Notes: generated from the sequence alone by a model not told the origin. A stretch of 64,000 bases of DNA from an uncultured Chloroflexia bacterium (GCA_963807035.1 CAWEAL010000003.1:238716-302715); one strand, 5' to 3'; positions 49,754-59,882 are shown, counted from the stretch's first letter. Numbers and translations are program-made.

Positions 49754-50583
49754 GGGCCGCCCTCCCAGCCGCCAATCGTGGCCCCGCGGCGAGCATTCGG
49801 CGGCCCGTGGCGCGGGGCGCCCGCCAGGTCTTCGAATACCGGGCGATCGTCTATCGACGGGTCTGGCGTGGCTCGATCTTCTCGACCTTCCTCTCGCCGA
49901 TCCTGTTCCTCGCGGCGATGGGAATCGGCCTGGGTGGCTTCGTCGACCACGGCAGCGCGATCGCCTCGCTCGGCGGGGTCTCGTACGCTGCGTTCCTGGC
50001 GCCCGGCCTGCTGGCCGCCCAGGGGATGCAGACGGCGACGTCCGAGGCCACCTGGCCGGTGATGGGCGGGTTCACCTGGGATCGCACGTTCCACGGGATG
50101 TATGCCACCCCGGTCTCGGTCGCCGGCATCGTCGCCGGCCACCTCGCCTGGATGGTGGCCCGCCTGACCCTGGTCGCATCCGTCTTCTTCCTCGTGATGC
50201 TCGCCTTCGGCTTTGTCGCTTCGCCGCTCGGCATCCTGGGCATCGGCGCGTCGGTCCTGACCGGGTTGGCCTTCGGTGCGCCGATCACGGCATTCTCGGC
50301 GGGCCAGAAGAACGACAGTGCCTTCAGCGCGATCAACCGGTTCATGATCACGCCGCTGTTCCTCTTCTCGGGGACGTTCTTCCCGATCGAGCAGCTGCCC
50401 GCGATCATCCGCCCGATCGCCTGGCTGACCCCGACCTTCCACGGCGTCGCGCTCGCCCGCGGGCTCTCGCTGGGCACCCTCGACGTGGCCGGCGCGATCG
50501 TCCACCTGGCCGTCCTCGGGGCGTACGTCGCGGTCGGCATCGGCTGGTCGCTGATCGCGTTCCGACGGACCCTCTCGAGGTAG
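49750..50583 (+). CDS. ABC-2 type transporter permease
   Basis: Six TM segments and ABC-2 family-like sequence. 4-nt overlap with the ATPase gene. Confidence 0.8.
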   Translation: MRAALPAANRGPAASIRRPVARGARQVFEYRAIVYRRVWRGSIFSTFLSPILFLAAMGIGLGGFVDHGSAIASLGGVSYAAFLAPGLLAAQGMQTATSEATWPVMGGFTWDRTFHGMYATPVSVAGIVAGHLAWMVARLTLVASVFFLVMLAFGFVASPLGILGIGASVLTGLAFGAPITAFSAGQKNDSAFSAINRFMITPLFLFSGTFFPIEQLPAIIRPIAWLTPTFHGVALARGLSLGTLDVAGAIVHLAVLGAYVAVGIGWSLIAFRRTLSR

Positions 50584-50591
50584 CCGGCGGA

Positions 50592-51389
50592 ATGATCGCG
50601 ACCTGGATCCTGCCGACACGGTCCTTCGCGCCACGGGCCGACCGGCTGGTCGAGCGCAACGTGATGAACTACCGGCGGACCTGGCTGATGCTGGTCTCGG
50701 GCTTCTTCGAGCCGCTCTTCTACCTGCTCGGGATCGGGTTCGGGATCGGGGCGCTCGTCGGCACCGTGAGCGGGCCCGACGGCAACCCGATCCCGTACGG
50801 CGTCTTCGTTGCCCCGGGCCTGCTCGCGTCGTCCGCGATGAATGGGGCGATCTACGACTCGACCTTCAACATCTTCTTCAAGCTGCGCTACGCCAAGACG
50901 TACGACGCGATCCTGTCGACCCCGATGGGGATCAACGACATCGCCGTGGGTGAGATCACCTGGGCCCTGATCCGGGGCACCCTCTATGCGATCGGCTTCC
51001 TGGCCGTGATGGTCGTCCTCGGGCTGGTCCGCTCGCCCTGGGTCGTCCTCACCCTGCCGGCGGCGCTCCTGATCGGGTTCGCCTTCGCCGCGGTCGGGAT
51101 GGCGGCCACGACCTGGGTCCGGAGCTGGACCGACTTCGACTACATCTTTGTGGTCACCCTGCCGCTCTTCCTGTTCTCCTCGACGTTCTATCCCCTGAGC
51201 GTCTACCCCGAGCCCCTCCGGACGATCGTCTCGCTCACGCCCCTGTCGCGCTGCATCGACCTGCTCCGATCGCTGGCCCTTGGCCAGCTCAGCCCGGTCC
51301 TGCTTGTCGATATCGGCTACCTGTCGGTGATGGGCGCGGTCGGCCTGTGGGTGGTTTCGCGCCGGCTCGACAAGCTCCTGATGAAGTAG
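50592..51389 (+). CDS. ABC-2 type transporter permease (second subunit)
   Basis: Paralogous layout to the preceding permease. Confidence 0.8.
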   Translation: MIATWILPTRSFAPRADRLVERNVMNYRRTWLMLVSGFFEPLFYLLGIGFGIGALVGTVSGPDGNPIPYGVFVAPGLLASSAMNGAIYDSTFNIFFKLRYAKTYDAILSTPMGINDIAVGEITWALIRGTLYAIGFLAVMVVLGLVRSPWVVLTLPAALLIGFAFAAVGMAATTWVRSWTDFDYIFVVTLPLFLFSSTFYPLSVYPEPLRTIVSLTPLSRCIDLLRSLALGQLSPVLLVDIGYLSVMGAVGLWVVSRRLDKLLMK

Positions 51390-51395
51390 CCGGCC

Positions 51396-52106
51396 GTGGG
51401 CGATCAAGCGGGACTGGCCGCGCTCGAGGCCGAGATCGTGGCCTGCCGGCGCTGCCCGCGCCTGGTCGAGTGGCGTGAGCGGGTCGCCCGCGAGAAGGTC
51501 GCTCGCTACGCCGACGAGCCGTATTGGGGCCGGCCGCTGCCCGGTTTCGGCGACCCGCAGGCGCGCATCCTGATCGTGGGCCTGGCCCCGGCCGCCCACG
51601 GCGGCAACCGGACCGGGCGGGTCTTCACCGGCGACCGGTCGGGCGACTTCCTGTGGACCGCGCTGCACGAGACGGGCCTGGCCGATCGGGACAGCTCGCG
51701 CCGGGCGGACGACGGCCTGACCCTGACCGATGCCTGGATTGCCGCCGCCGTCCGCTGCGCCCCACCCCTCAACCGGCCGACGAACGAAGAGCGCGACAAC
51801 TGCGCACCGTTCCTCGTCCGCGAGCTCGCCCGGCTGAGCAAGGTCCGGGTCATCGTGCCGTTGGGCGGCTTCGGCTGGGAGGCGGTGCTGCGCACGCTCG
51901 CTACGCTCGGTCACCCGACCCCCCGGCCGAAGCCTCGGTTCGGCCACGGGGCGGAGGTGGAGATCGGGCCGTATCACCTCGTCGCCTCGTTCCATCCGAG
52001 CCAGCAGAACACATTCACCGGGCGGCTGACGGCGTCGATGCTGGCCGCGGTGATGGCCCGTGCGACGTCACTTGCAGGCGGCCCGGATCGGCCTACACTC
52101 ATCTGA
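51396..52106 (+). CDS. uracil-DNA glycosylase, family 4/5 type (GLAPAAHG motif suggests family 5 UdgB)
   Basis: CRRCPRL, GLAPAAHGGNRTGRVFTGD, SFHPSQQN. Confidence 0.8.
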   Translation: MGDQAGLAALEAEIVACRRCPRLVEWRERVAREKVARYADEPYWGRPLPGFGDPQARILIVGLAPAAHGGNRTGRVFTGDRSGDFLWTALHETGLADRDSSRRADDGLTLTDAWIAAAVRCAPPLNRPTNEERDNCAPFLVRELARLSKVRVIVPLGGFGWEAVLRTLATLGHPTPRPKPRFGHGAEVEIGPYHLVASFHPSQQNTFTGRLTASMLAAVMARATSLAGGPDRPTLI

Positions 52107-52108
52107 GC

Positions 52109-52555
52109 GTGATCTACATCGTCTGGCTCGTCCTGGGTGTCGGCCTGCTTCTGGCCGAGCTCCATACGGCGGCGTTCTACGCCATCTTCCTCGGTGTGGG
52201 GGCGCTCGTCGCGGGCGTCCTGGCCTTCGTCCTGCCCGACAGTCCGATCTGGCTCCAGGCCTTCCTCGCCCTGGCCGTCGCGGTGATCGGCGTCGCGATC
52301 GTCCGGCCGCGCTTCGCCACCCGCTTCCTCCGGCACCAGGGTGGGGCCGCGTCGCGCGGCGTCCACGGCGGCTTCGTCGGCGAGCGCGCCCTGGCTACCG
52401 ACGCGATCGGCGACGAGCTCCATCCGGGTCATGTCCGGCTGGCCGGGGAGAGCTGGTTGGCGATCTCTCACGATGGTTCCGAGATCGGGGGTAACGCTCC
52501 CGTGATCGTCACCGCAGTTCGGGGAACGACGCTCGTCGTCCGCCCCGCCGGCTGA
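52109..52555 (+). CDS. NfeD family membrane protein
   Basis: Three TM segments then an OB-like C-terminal part (GHVRLAGESWLA..VRGTTLVV). GTG 52109 lies 2 nt after the UDG stop. Upstream of an SPFH gene, as is typical. Confidence 0.75.
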   Translation: MIYIVWLVLGVGLLLAELHTAAFYAIFLGVGALVAGVLAFVLPDSPIWLQAFLALAVAVIGVAIVRPRFATRFLRHQGGAASRGVHGGFVGERALATDAIGDELHPGHVRLAGESWLAISHDGSEIGGNAPVIVTAVRGTTLVVRPAG

Positions 52556-52581
52556 GCCGGCCTCGCCTGGAGTCGCCCGCA

Positions 52582-53538
52582 ATGGACAATGCCAATATCG
52601 CCGGGATCGTCGTCCTCGTCCTGATCATCCTGATCATCGTCTTCGCCCTCAACCTGCTCCGATCGGTCGTCAACCTGGTCCAGCAGGGGTCGGTCGGGGT
52701 GGTCAAGCGGCTCGGCGAGTTCCGCGGCATCCACGACCCGGGCCTGGTCCTGATCATGCCCTTCATCAATTCGATCGTGATGGTCGACATGCGCGAGTTT
52801 CCTCGTCCTGGCGATCGCCAGGAGGTGATCACCAAGGACAACGTGGTCGTCGCCGTCAACGCCACGATCTTCACCCAGGTCGTTGACGCGAAGCAGGCCC
52901 TGTTCAGCATCGCCAACTTCGACGTCGCGATCGACGCCCTCGCCCGGACCGCGCTCCGGTCGGTCATCGGCACACTGTCGCTCGACGAGGCGCTGTCGGA
53001 GCGCGAGCGGATCAACGTCGACGTCCAGCAGCAGATGGAGGCGGTCACCGACAAGTGGGGGATCCGGATCAACCGGATCGAGATCGTGGAGATCACCCCA
53101 CCGCCCCAGATCCTCCAGGCGCTCGCCCTCCAGAAGCAGGCCGACCAGGAAAAGCGGGCCAAGATTCTCCAGTCGGAGGGCCTCCAGCAGTCGGCGGTCA
53201 ACGTGGCCGACGGCAACCGGCAGGCCGCGATCAAGAGCGCCGAGGGCGAGCGGCAGTCGGCGATCCTGCGGGCCGAGGGCAACCGGCAGGCGGCGATCCT
53301 CGAGGCGGAGGGCCGCGCACAGGCGATCAAGACCGTCTACGACGCGATCACCGCGGCCGCCCCTAGCCCGACCCTGGTCGCGATCCTCCAGCTCGACACG
53401 CTCTCGAAGTTCGCCGCCAGCCCGAATGCCAAGCTGATCATCCCGGCCGAGTCCTCGGCCCTGCTCGGCGCCGCAGCGGCGCTGCGCTCGGTCTTCGGCG
53501 AGGTGCCGACCGAGATCATCACCCCGCCGTCGGCCTGA
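52582..53538 (+). CDS. SPFH/band-7 (stomatin-like) protein
   Basis: N-terminal TM then the SPFH core VVKRLGEF..GLVLIMPFI..ITKDNV..RSVIG and a coiled-coil tail. Confidence 0.9.
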   Translation: MDNANIAGIVVLVLIILIIVFALNLLRSVVNLVQQGSVGVVKRLGEFRGIHDPGLVLIMPFINSIVMVDMREFPRPGDRQEVITKDNVVVAVNATIFTQVVDAKQALFSIANFDVAIDALARTALRSVIGTLSLDEALSERERINVDVQQQMEAVTDKWGIRINRIEIVEITPPPQILQALALQKQADQEKRAKILQSEGLQQSAVNVADGNRQAAIKSAEGERQSAILRAEGNRQAAILEAEGRAQAIKTVYDAITAAAPSPTLVAILQLDTLSKFAASPNAKLIIPAESSALLGAAAALRSVFGEVPTEIITPPSA

Positions 53539-53587
53539 TCCGGGCGGGGGACGCCCCGCGGCCACCTCTCGTATCCTTGGCGATCGA

Positions 53588-54706
53588 ATGGTGACCGAAC
53601 GCGACTACTACGAGATCCTCGAGCTCGACCGGACGGCCGACGACGCCGCGATCAAGCGCTCGTTCCGGCGGCTCGCCCAGAAGTGGCATCCGGACGTGAA
53701 CGCCGAAGCCGGCTCGGAGGTCCGTTTCAAGGAGATCAACGAGGCCTACCAGGTCCTCTCGGATCCGACCAAGAAGCAGGCCTACGACATGTTCGGCAAG
53801 GCCGGCGTCGACGCTGGGGCGGCCGGCGCCGGGTTCGGCCAGGGCTTCGGCGGCTTCGGCGACATCTTCGACGCCTTCTTCGGCGGGGCGGCGGCCGGCG
53901 GGCGCCGGACCGGACGGTCGAACACCGGCTCCGATCTCCGCTACGACCTGCGGATCACCTTCGCCGAGGCAGTCCTGGGCACCGAGAAGGAGATCGACTA
54001 CCCGGTCCTCGACCGCTGCGAGACGTGCAGCGGAACGGGGGCGAAGCCGGGCACGAGCGCGTCGACCTGTCCCCAGTGCAACGGGCGGGGCGAGATCCGC
54101 AGCGTCCGCCAGACGATGCTCGGCCAGATGGTCAACGTCCAGCCCTGCCCGCGCTGCCGGGGCGAGGGCCGGATCGTCGATACGCCGTGCGAGACCTGTC
54201 GGGGCGATGGCCGCGTCGAGCGCCGCAAGAAGCTCCGGGTCAGCGTCCCGGCCGGAATCGACGAGGGCCACCAGATCCGGCTGTCAGGCGAGGGTGAGGT
54301 CGGACCGCACGGCGGCCCGCCGGGAAGCCTGTACGTCGCCGTCCATATCCAGGCCCACAAGACGCTCAAGCGCGAAGGCAGCGAGCTCTTTCTCGAGCGC
54401 GAGATCTCGATCGCCCAGGCCGCCCTCGGGACCCGCCTGACGATCCCCACGATCGAGGGGGACGAGCAGGTCGAGGTCAAGCCCGGGACCCAGCCCGGCG
54501 CCGAGATCCGGCTGCGGGGCAAAGGCGTGCCCCACCTCCGCCGGGCGAACGTCCGGGGCGACCTGCACGTCTTCATCAAAGTGGCCGTGCCCACCCGGCT
54601 GACTCGCAAACAGCGCGAGCTGCTCGAGGCGCTCGCCGCCGAGTCGGGCGAGGTCGTGGCCTCGCCGGGCGGGATCCTCGACCGGGTGAAGGACGCGCTT
54701 GGCTGA
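53588..54706 (+). CDS. dnaJ: molecular chaperone DnaJ
   Basis: J domain with HPD (KWHPDVN), G/F region and four CxxCxGxG zinc motifs. Confidence 0.95.
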   Translation: MVTERDYYEILELDRTADDAAIKRSFRRLAQKWHPDVNAEAGSEVRFKEINEAYQVLSDPTKKQAYDMFGKAGVDAGAAGAGFGQGFGGFGDIFDAFFGGAAAGGRRTGRSNTGSDLRYDLRITFAEAVLGTEKEIDYPVLDRCETCSGTGAKPGTSASTCPQCNGRGEIRSVRQTMLGQMVNVQPCPRCRGEGRIVDTPCETCRGDGRVERRKKLRVSVPAGIDEGHQIRLSGEGEVGPHGGPPGSLYVAVHIQAHKTLKREGSELFLEREISIAQAALGTRLTIPTIEGDEQVEVKPGTQPGAEIRLRGKGVPHLRRANVRGDLHVFIKVAVPTRLTRKQRELLEALAAESGEVVASPGGILDRVKDALG

Positions 54707-55704
54707 CGCCCGGCCGCCGGCCGATGACGCAGGCGTGCCCGAGGACGAGGGCCTGAGCGCCGGGGATACCTGGATCGAGCTGTCCGTGCGGGCCGACCTC
54801 GAGGCAGTCGAGGCGGTCAGCGAGATCCTGTCCCGGTTCGCTCGCGGCGGTACGAGCGTCGAGCCCGGCTTCGAGCTGGTCGAGGACGGGCTCGGCGCCA
54901 GGATCGATCCCGACCCGGCCGGCGATCGTCCGGGCCTACCTGCCCGGACGTAATCGGAGCGCCGCGCGGACCGCCGTCCGGCAGACGCGCGAGGCGCTTG
55001 GCCACCTCCAGGCGTTCGACCTGCGGCCGATCAGCGAGCTCGAGGTGTCGGTCGTCCACGAGGCCGACTGGGCCCACGCCTGGAAGGCCCACTTCCCGGT
55101 CCTGCGCCTCGGCCGCCGGCTCGTGATCCGGCCGACCTGGCGCCGGCATCGGAGGCGGCCCGGCGACGTGGTCCTGGCGCTCGATCCAGGAATGGCGTTC
55201 GGGACCGGCCTCCACCCGACGACCCGGCTATGCCTTGTCGGCATCGAGCGGTGGGCCGAAGCCGGGCTCGTCGACGGCGCCCGCGTCCTCGACGTCGGCT
55301 GCGGATCGGGGATCCTGCTGATCGCCGCCGGGCTGTTCGGGGCGGGCAATCCGGCCGGCCCCGGCGGGCTGGTAGGCATCGACACGGACCCGATCGCGGT
55401 CGAAGCGACGACGGCGAACGCGGCGCGCAACCATCTCCGGGTCGACGTCCGCGCCGGCAGCCTGCCGAGCCGGAGCGGGCCGTTCGACCTGGTCGTAGCC
55501 AACCTGATTGCCAGCCTGCTGATTGCCCTGGCCGGGGAGCTGCGCGACGAGCTGCGCCCCGGTGGACGGCTGCTCGCGTCGGGCATCTTCATCGACCGCG
55601 AGGCCGATGTCCGGGTCGCGTTCGAGGCGCTCGGGCTGCGGCTTCTCGAGCGGACGGGCGAGGGAGAGTGGGTCGCTCTCGACTTCGAGCGCCCGGCGGG
55701 CTGA
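54699..55704 (+). CDS. prmA: ribosomal protein L11 methyltransferase, interrupted by one +1 frame break at 54909-54917
   Basis: WIELSVRADLEAVEAVSEIL..ARIDPD in one frame. RPAIVRAYLP..HEADWAHAWKAHF..LDPGMAFGTGLHPTT..VLDVGCGSGIL continues in the next. Confidence 0.85.
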
Positions 55705-55843
55705 GGGGTCGGCCGGAGTCCCGGATTGAGCCGGCGTCGGCCGAGCTCGGGACCGCCTGGCTCGCGTCGTGCCGGGGCCCGCGAATGGCCGAGCTCGGTG
55801 GCCACGAATGGCCGCGCTCCGGGCCGAGGCTACAATCCGGATC

Positions 55844-56302
55844 GTGCCACTCTGGTTCCCGATCCTGCTGATCAGCCACATCGCGCTGGCGATCAGCCTG
55901 CTGCTGCCCTCGCTGCTCCTGCCATTCGCCCTGCGAACCCGCCGGGCGACAGTCGAATCGGGCAACCCCGTTGTCCAGGCGCTGCTCCGGCTGCAGAGCG
56001 GCGGCACGCTGATCCTCGGGCTGGGCGTCGCCGTGACCGGCCTCGGCCTGATCCTCACCCTCGGCTACCAGCTGGTCGCCCAGACGTGGCTGCTCGTCGC
56101 ACTCGTGATCTACGCGCTCGACCTGCTTCTTGCCTTCTTCATCCAGCGTCCGAACCTCGGCCGGCTGGTCGGGATCCGGGCGGCCTGGGACGACGAGGCC
56201 TGGCGTACCCGGGCGCGCCGCCAGCGCTACGTCTCCTACGCAATGGCCGGCCTGGTCGGGGCGATCGGGTTCCTGATGGGTACGAAGCCGGTGCTGTGGT
56301 GA
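55844..56302 (+). CDS. DUF2269-like membrane protein
   Basis: Four TM segments. GTG 55844 lies 7 nt after TACAAT (55831-55836), suggesting a leaderless mRNA. Confidence 0.6.
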   Translation: MPLWFPILLISHIALAISLLLPSLLLPFALRTRRATVESGNPVVQALLRLQSGGTLILGLGVAVTGLGLILTLGYQLVAQTWLLVALVIYALDLLLAFFIQRPNLGRLVGIRAAWDDEAWRTRARRQRYVSYAMAGLVGAIGFLMGTKPVLW

Positions 56303-56658
56303 GCCGGACGGCTGATCCCGAGTGCCTCTTCTGCCGGATCGTCGCGGGCGAGATCCCGGCGACCCGGGTGCACGACGACGACGTCGTGATCGCGATCCGG
56401 GACATCGCCCCACGGGCGCCGACCCACGTCCTGTTCCTGCCTCGCGCGCACATCGCGTCGGCTGCCGACCTGACCGAAGCCGATGGGCCGATGCTCGGGC
56501 GGCTCTTCGGCGCCGCCGCCGCGTTCGCCCGGGCGGAGGGCCTCGCCGACGCCGGCTACCGGATCGTCATGAACGTCGGCGAGTGGGGTGGCCAGACGGT
56601 CGACCACCTCCATCTCCACCTGCTCGGCGGCCGGTCGATGACCTGGCCCCCTGGGTGA
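56299..56658 (+). CDS. HIT family protein
   Basis: CLFCRIVAGEIP and the histidine triad HLHLHLLGG. GTGA overlap with the upstream gene. Confidence 0.9.
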   Translation: MSRTADPECLFCRIVAGEIPATRVHDDDVVIAIRDIAPRAPTHVLFLPRAHIASAADLTEADGPMLGRLFGAAAAFARAEGLADAGYRIVMNVGEWGGQTVDHLHLHLLGGRSMTWPPG

Positions 56659-57221
56659 GCGCGCTGACCGAACGCCGGCCGCGGCCGGTCCTGCGCGGGC
56701 GCCCCCTCGCCGGCGTGGCCCTCGTCGCCCTCCTCGTCGCAGGCTGCGGGATCGCCGCCAACGGCGGACCCGTCGCAACGGCCGCGGTCACTCCCCAGGT
56801 GACCCTGAGCGCGACCCTCCAGTTGTGTCGGAACCAGCTGAGCGCGACGCTCCGCGCGGCCGGGTTCGACCTCGTCCAACCCGCGTCGGCGGTCCGGCCG
56901 GCCGAGTCGCCCCTGCTGACGGCGGCGCCTCGGACGGTCGGCCAGGTGCTCCTGCCGGGCGATCCGGGCCACGGCTTCATCGTCCTCTACGAGTTCCCCG
57001 ATCCCGCGACTGCGTACACCGCGGCCGAGCAGGAGGCGACCTACCTGGCCGGCGGCGAGGGCAAGATCCAGTTCGTCCCGGACACGCGCTTCACCCTGCG
57101 CCAGGACGGGTCGTGCGTCCTCTTCTACAGCTGGTCGCCGTCGAACTCGACCGACCCGCGATCGCCGGCGATCGAGACGACCCTCGACACCTTCGGCGTG
57201 GCGATCCCGATCCCGGGCTGA
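56655..57221 (+). CDS. hypothetical lipoprotein
   Basis: Lipobox LLVAGCG. GTGA overlap with the HIT gene. Confidence 0.6.
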   Translation: MSALTERRPRPVLRGRPLAGVALVALLVAGCGIAANGGPVATAAVTPQVTLSATLQLCRNQLSATLRAAGFDLVQPASAVRPAESPLLTAAPRTVGQVLLPGDPGHGFIVLYEFPDPATAYTAAEQEATYLAGGEGKIQFVPDTRFTLRQDGSCVLFYSWSPSNSTDPRSPAIETTLDTFGVAIPIPG

Positions 57222-57236
57222 TCGCGTCGGGCAGGG

Positions 57237-58949
57237 TCAGTCCAGGCGGACCGGCAGCGGCTCGTCGACGGCGGCCCAGGCGCGGACCCGATCGCGCTTC
57301 ACCTTGAACGTGTGGGTCCTGGGGAAGTCGGCCTCCGGCCAGAGCCGCCACGCGACGACCCGCTGGTGCGCGGCGAGGGTGGCGTTGGCGGTCCGCACGG
57401 CCGCCTCGATCGTCGCCCGGATCGCGGCCGGATCGGCCGCGCCCAGCGGCCCGCTCGCGTTGCGCACCGGAATGTCGCCGCCCTGGGGCAGCGCGTGGGA
57501 GCCGGGCGCGAGGAGGATCGCCTCGATCCGGCCCGGCCGGGTCTCGACCACGACGCTGTCCCGGATGCCCGCCACCCGCAGCGCGTTCTCGATGTCCTCG
57601 GGATACACGTTCAGGCCGTTGGGCAGGACGATGATGTCCTTCGTGCGGCCCATCAGGATCAGGTGCCCGCTCGGATCGTGGCGGCCGATGTCGCCGGTCC
57701 GGTACCAGCCGTCGGCCGTGAATGCCGCCGCGGTCGCCTCCGGTTCCCGCCAGTAGCCGGAGAAGAGGGTCGGCCCGCTGACCTGGATCTCGCCGTCGTC
57801 GGCCAGCCGCACGTCGATCGGCGGGATCGTCCGGCCGACCGTGCCCAGGCCGTGGTCCTCCTTGGTCGTGACCGAGGCCATCCCGCACTCGGTCGCGCCG
57901 TAACCCTGCATCACGACCACCCCGAGATCCTCCCATGCCTGCTGGAGCTGGGGCGGCAGGAAGGCCGCCGCGCAGACGAGCAGGTTGAGCCCGCCACCGA
58001 GCCGGGCGTGGACCTGCCGGAAGATCAGCCGCCGGGCGCCGTACGGGAGGTGCCGGGCGATCCGGCGCAGGCGATCGAAGCTGGCCGTCCGCCCGGCGGC
58101 CTCGACCTCCCGCTCGACGGCACTCCAGAACAGGTCGAGGATCTGGGGCACGACCAGCATCGTCGTCACCCGGTGGTCGCGGATCGCCTCGAAGATCACC
58201 CGCGGATTGCGGCTCCGGACGTACAGGATGTCGCCGCCGACGGTCAGCGCGTAGAACAGGGCCGCGACCTGCTCCATCAGGTGGGACAGCGGCAGGAGCG
58301 AGACGACGCGGTGGACCTGGGGCGGGATCACGTCGTGGATCGCCTCGATGGTCTCGCAGATGCAGCGGTGGGTCAGCATGACCCCCTTGGGGTTGCCGGT
58401 CGTGCCGCTCGTGAAGATGATCTCGAACAGGTCCTCCGGCTGGGGTCGCGGCCAGGCGACGACCTGGGCCTCCCAGTCGTCCGGGAAGGCGACCCCCGAA
58501 TCGCCCTCGCCGACCTCGGCCGCGAGCGCCTCGACGGTCGTCGTCGGGAAGCGCTCGAGCCGGGCGTCACGGGGGTCCGGCGCGTCGCGCCCGGTGCCGA
58601 TCGCCAGGCGCGTCGCATCGGCCCGCACGGCGATCCGCTCGATCGCGTCGGGCGCCATCCGCAGGTCGAGCGGGACGACGACGACACCCGCCCGGATCGC
58701 GCCGTAGTAGACGGCCGGCAGCTCGGGCGTTGAGGGCGACCAGGTGAGCAATCGATCGCCCGCCTTCAGGCCGAGCGCCCGGAGGCGCCAGGCGACGAGC
58801 CGGGTCCGCCGATCGAGCTCGCGGAAGCTCCAGTGCATCGAGCTGCCGTCGTCGCGGCGCAGGCCGAGGGAGGGTCGATCGCCGTAGCGGGCGACGGCGT
58901 CGTCGAGGATGTCGAGCAGGGTCGACCAGCTGGGCGAGGGGTCGGTCAC
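57237..58949 (-). CDS. AMP-dependent synthetase/ligase (long-chain acyl-CoA synthetase-like)
   Basis: AMP-binding motif IFTSGTTGNPKGV, YGATE, TGDIGR. GTG 58949 gives 570 aa. The upstream part of the tracked ORF is junk. Confidence 0.9.
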   Translation of the reverse strand: MTDPSPSWSTLLDILDDAVARYGDRPSLGLRRDDGSSMHWSFRELDRRTRLVAWRLRALGLKAGDRLLTWSPSTPELPAVYYGAIRAGVVVVPLDLRMAPDAIERIAVRADATRLAIGTGRDAPDPRDARLERFPTTTVEALAAEVGEGDSGVAFPDDWEAQVVAWPRPQPEDLFEIIFTSGTTGNPKGVMLTHRCICETIEAIHDVIPPQVHRVVSLLPLSHLMEQVAALFYALTVGGDILYVRSRNPRVIFEAIRDHRVTTMLVVPQILDLFWSAVEREVEAAGRTASFDRLRRIARHLPYGARRLIFRQVHARLGGGLNLLVCAAAFLPPQLQQAWEDLGVVVMQGYGATECGMASVTTKEDHGLGTVGRTIPPIDVRLADDGEIQVSGPTLFSGYWREPEATAAAFTADGWYRTGDIGRHDPSGHLILMGRTKDIIVLPNGLNVYPEDIENALRVAGIRDSVVVETRPGRIEAILLAPGSHALPQGGDIPVRNASGPLGAADPAAIRATIEAAVRTANATLAAHQRVVAWRLWPEADFPRTHTFKVKRDRVRAWAAVDEPLPVRLD

Positions 58950-58997
58950 GCCAGACAGGGTAGCGGGCCGGGCGGCCGCGTGGCCTAGACTCGGCGC

Positions 58998-59882
58998 ATG
59001 CCTGCTATCGACCGTGCCATCGGTCGCGGTAGCGACCCTCCCGGCGTCGAGGCCGACCCGCGCTGGACCGCGCTCGGGCCGGCCGGCGCGCCCCTGGTCG
59101 TGTTCGTCCATCCGACCCGGATGAACCGGACGTTCTGGACGCCCCAGGTCGAGGCGCTGTGCGAGACGCATCGGGTCGTCGCCGTGGACCTGCCCGGTCA
59201 CGGCCGCCTTGCGGACGAGCGGTTCACCCTGCCCGGTGGCATCGCCGTCGTCCGGGCCGCGATCGAGTCCGAGCGAAACGCGGCAGAGGCGTCCGACTCG
59301 CACGTCCCGACCGTGATCGTCGGCCTGTCGCTGGGCGGCTACGTCGCGATGGCCCTGGCGGCCGAGACGCCCTCGATCGCCGACGCCCTCGTCCTGGCCG
59401 GCGCGACCGCCGAGCCGACCGGACGGCGAGCCCGGCCGTTCCGGGCGCTGGCCCTGGCGTTCGATCGGGCGAATCACCGGGCCTTCGACCGGATCACGGC
59501 CGCGTTCATCCGGCGCCGCTATCCGGGCGGCCTCGGTGACCTGATCGTCGCGTCGGGCTTCGCCTACCGCGGCGGTTCCGAGGCGCTCCGATCGCTCGCC
59601 GGCGAGCCGTTCCTGCCGCGACTGGCTGCCTATCCCGGCACGGTCGTCCTGGTCAACGGCCGGGGCGACCTTGCGATGCGACCGGGGGAGCGCCGCTTCC
59701 TGGCGACCGCCCGCCGTGGCCGCCTCGTCCACGTGCCTGGCGCCTTCCACCTGTCGAGCCTCGATCGGCCGAAGGAGTTCACCGCGATCGTCCGGTCCGC
59801 GGTCGACGAGGCGGTTGCCGCCGCCGAGGCGCGTGCCGGGGCCGGGGCCGGGGCCGCTGAGGGGCCGGGCAGCGGCGGCTGA
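58998..59882 (+). CDS. alpha/beta hydrolase
   Basis: Nucleophile elbow GLSLGG, a C-terminal His region, and alpha/beta-fold length. The stop lies inside the second unit of the downstream tandem repeat. Confidence 0.8.
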   Translation: MPAIDRAIGRGSDPPGVEADPRWTALGPAGAPLVVFVHPTRMNRTFWTPQVEALCETHRVVAVDLPGHGRLADERFTLPGGIAVVRAAIESERNAAEASDSHVPTVIVGLSLGGYVAMALAAETPSIADALVLAGATAEPTGRRARPFRALALAFDRANHRAFDRITAAFIRRRYPGGLGDLIVASGFAYRGGSEALRSLAGEPFLPRLAAYPGTVVLVNGRGDLAMRPGERRFLATARRGRLVHVPGAFHLSSLDRPKEFTAIVRSAVDEAVAAAEARAGAGAGAAEGPGSGG

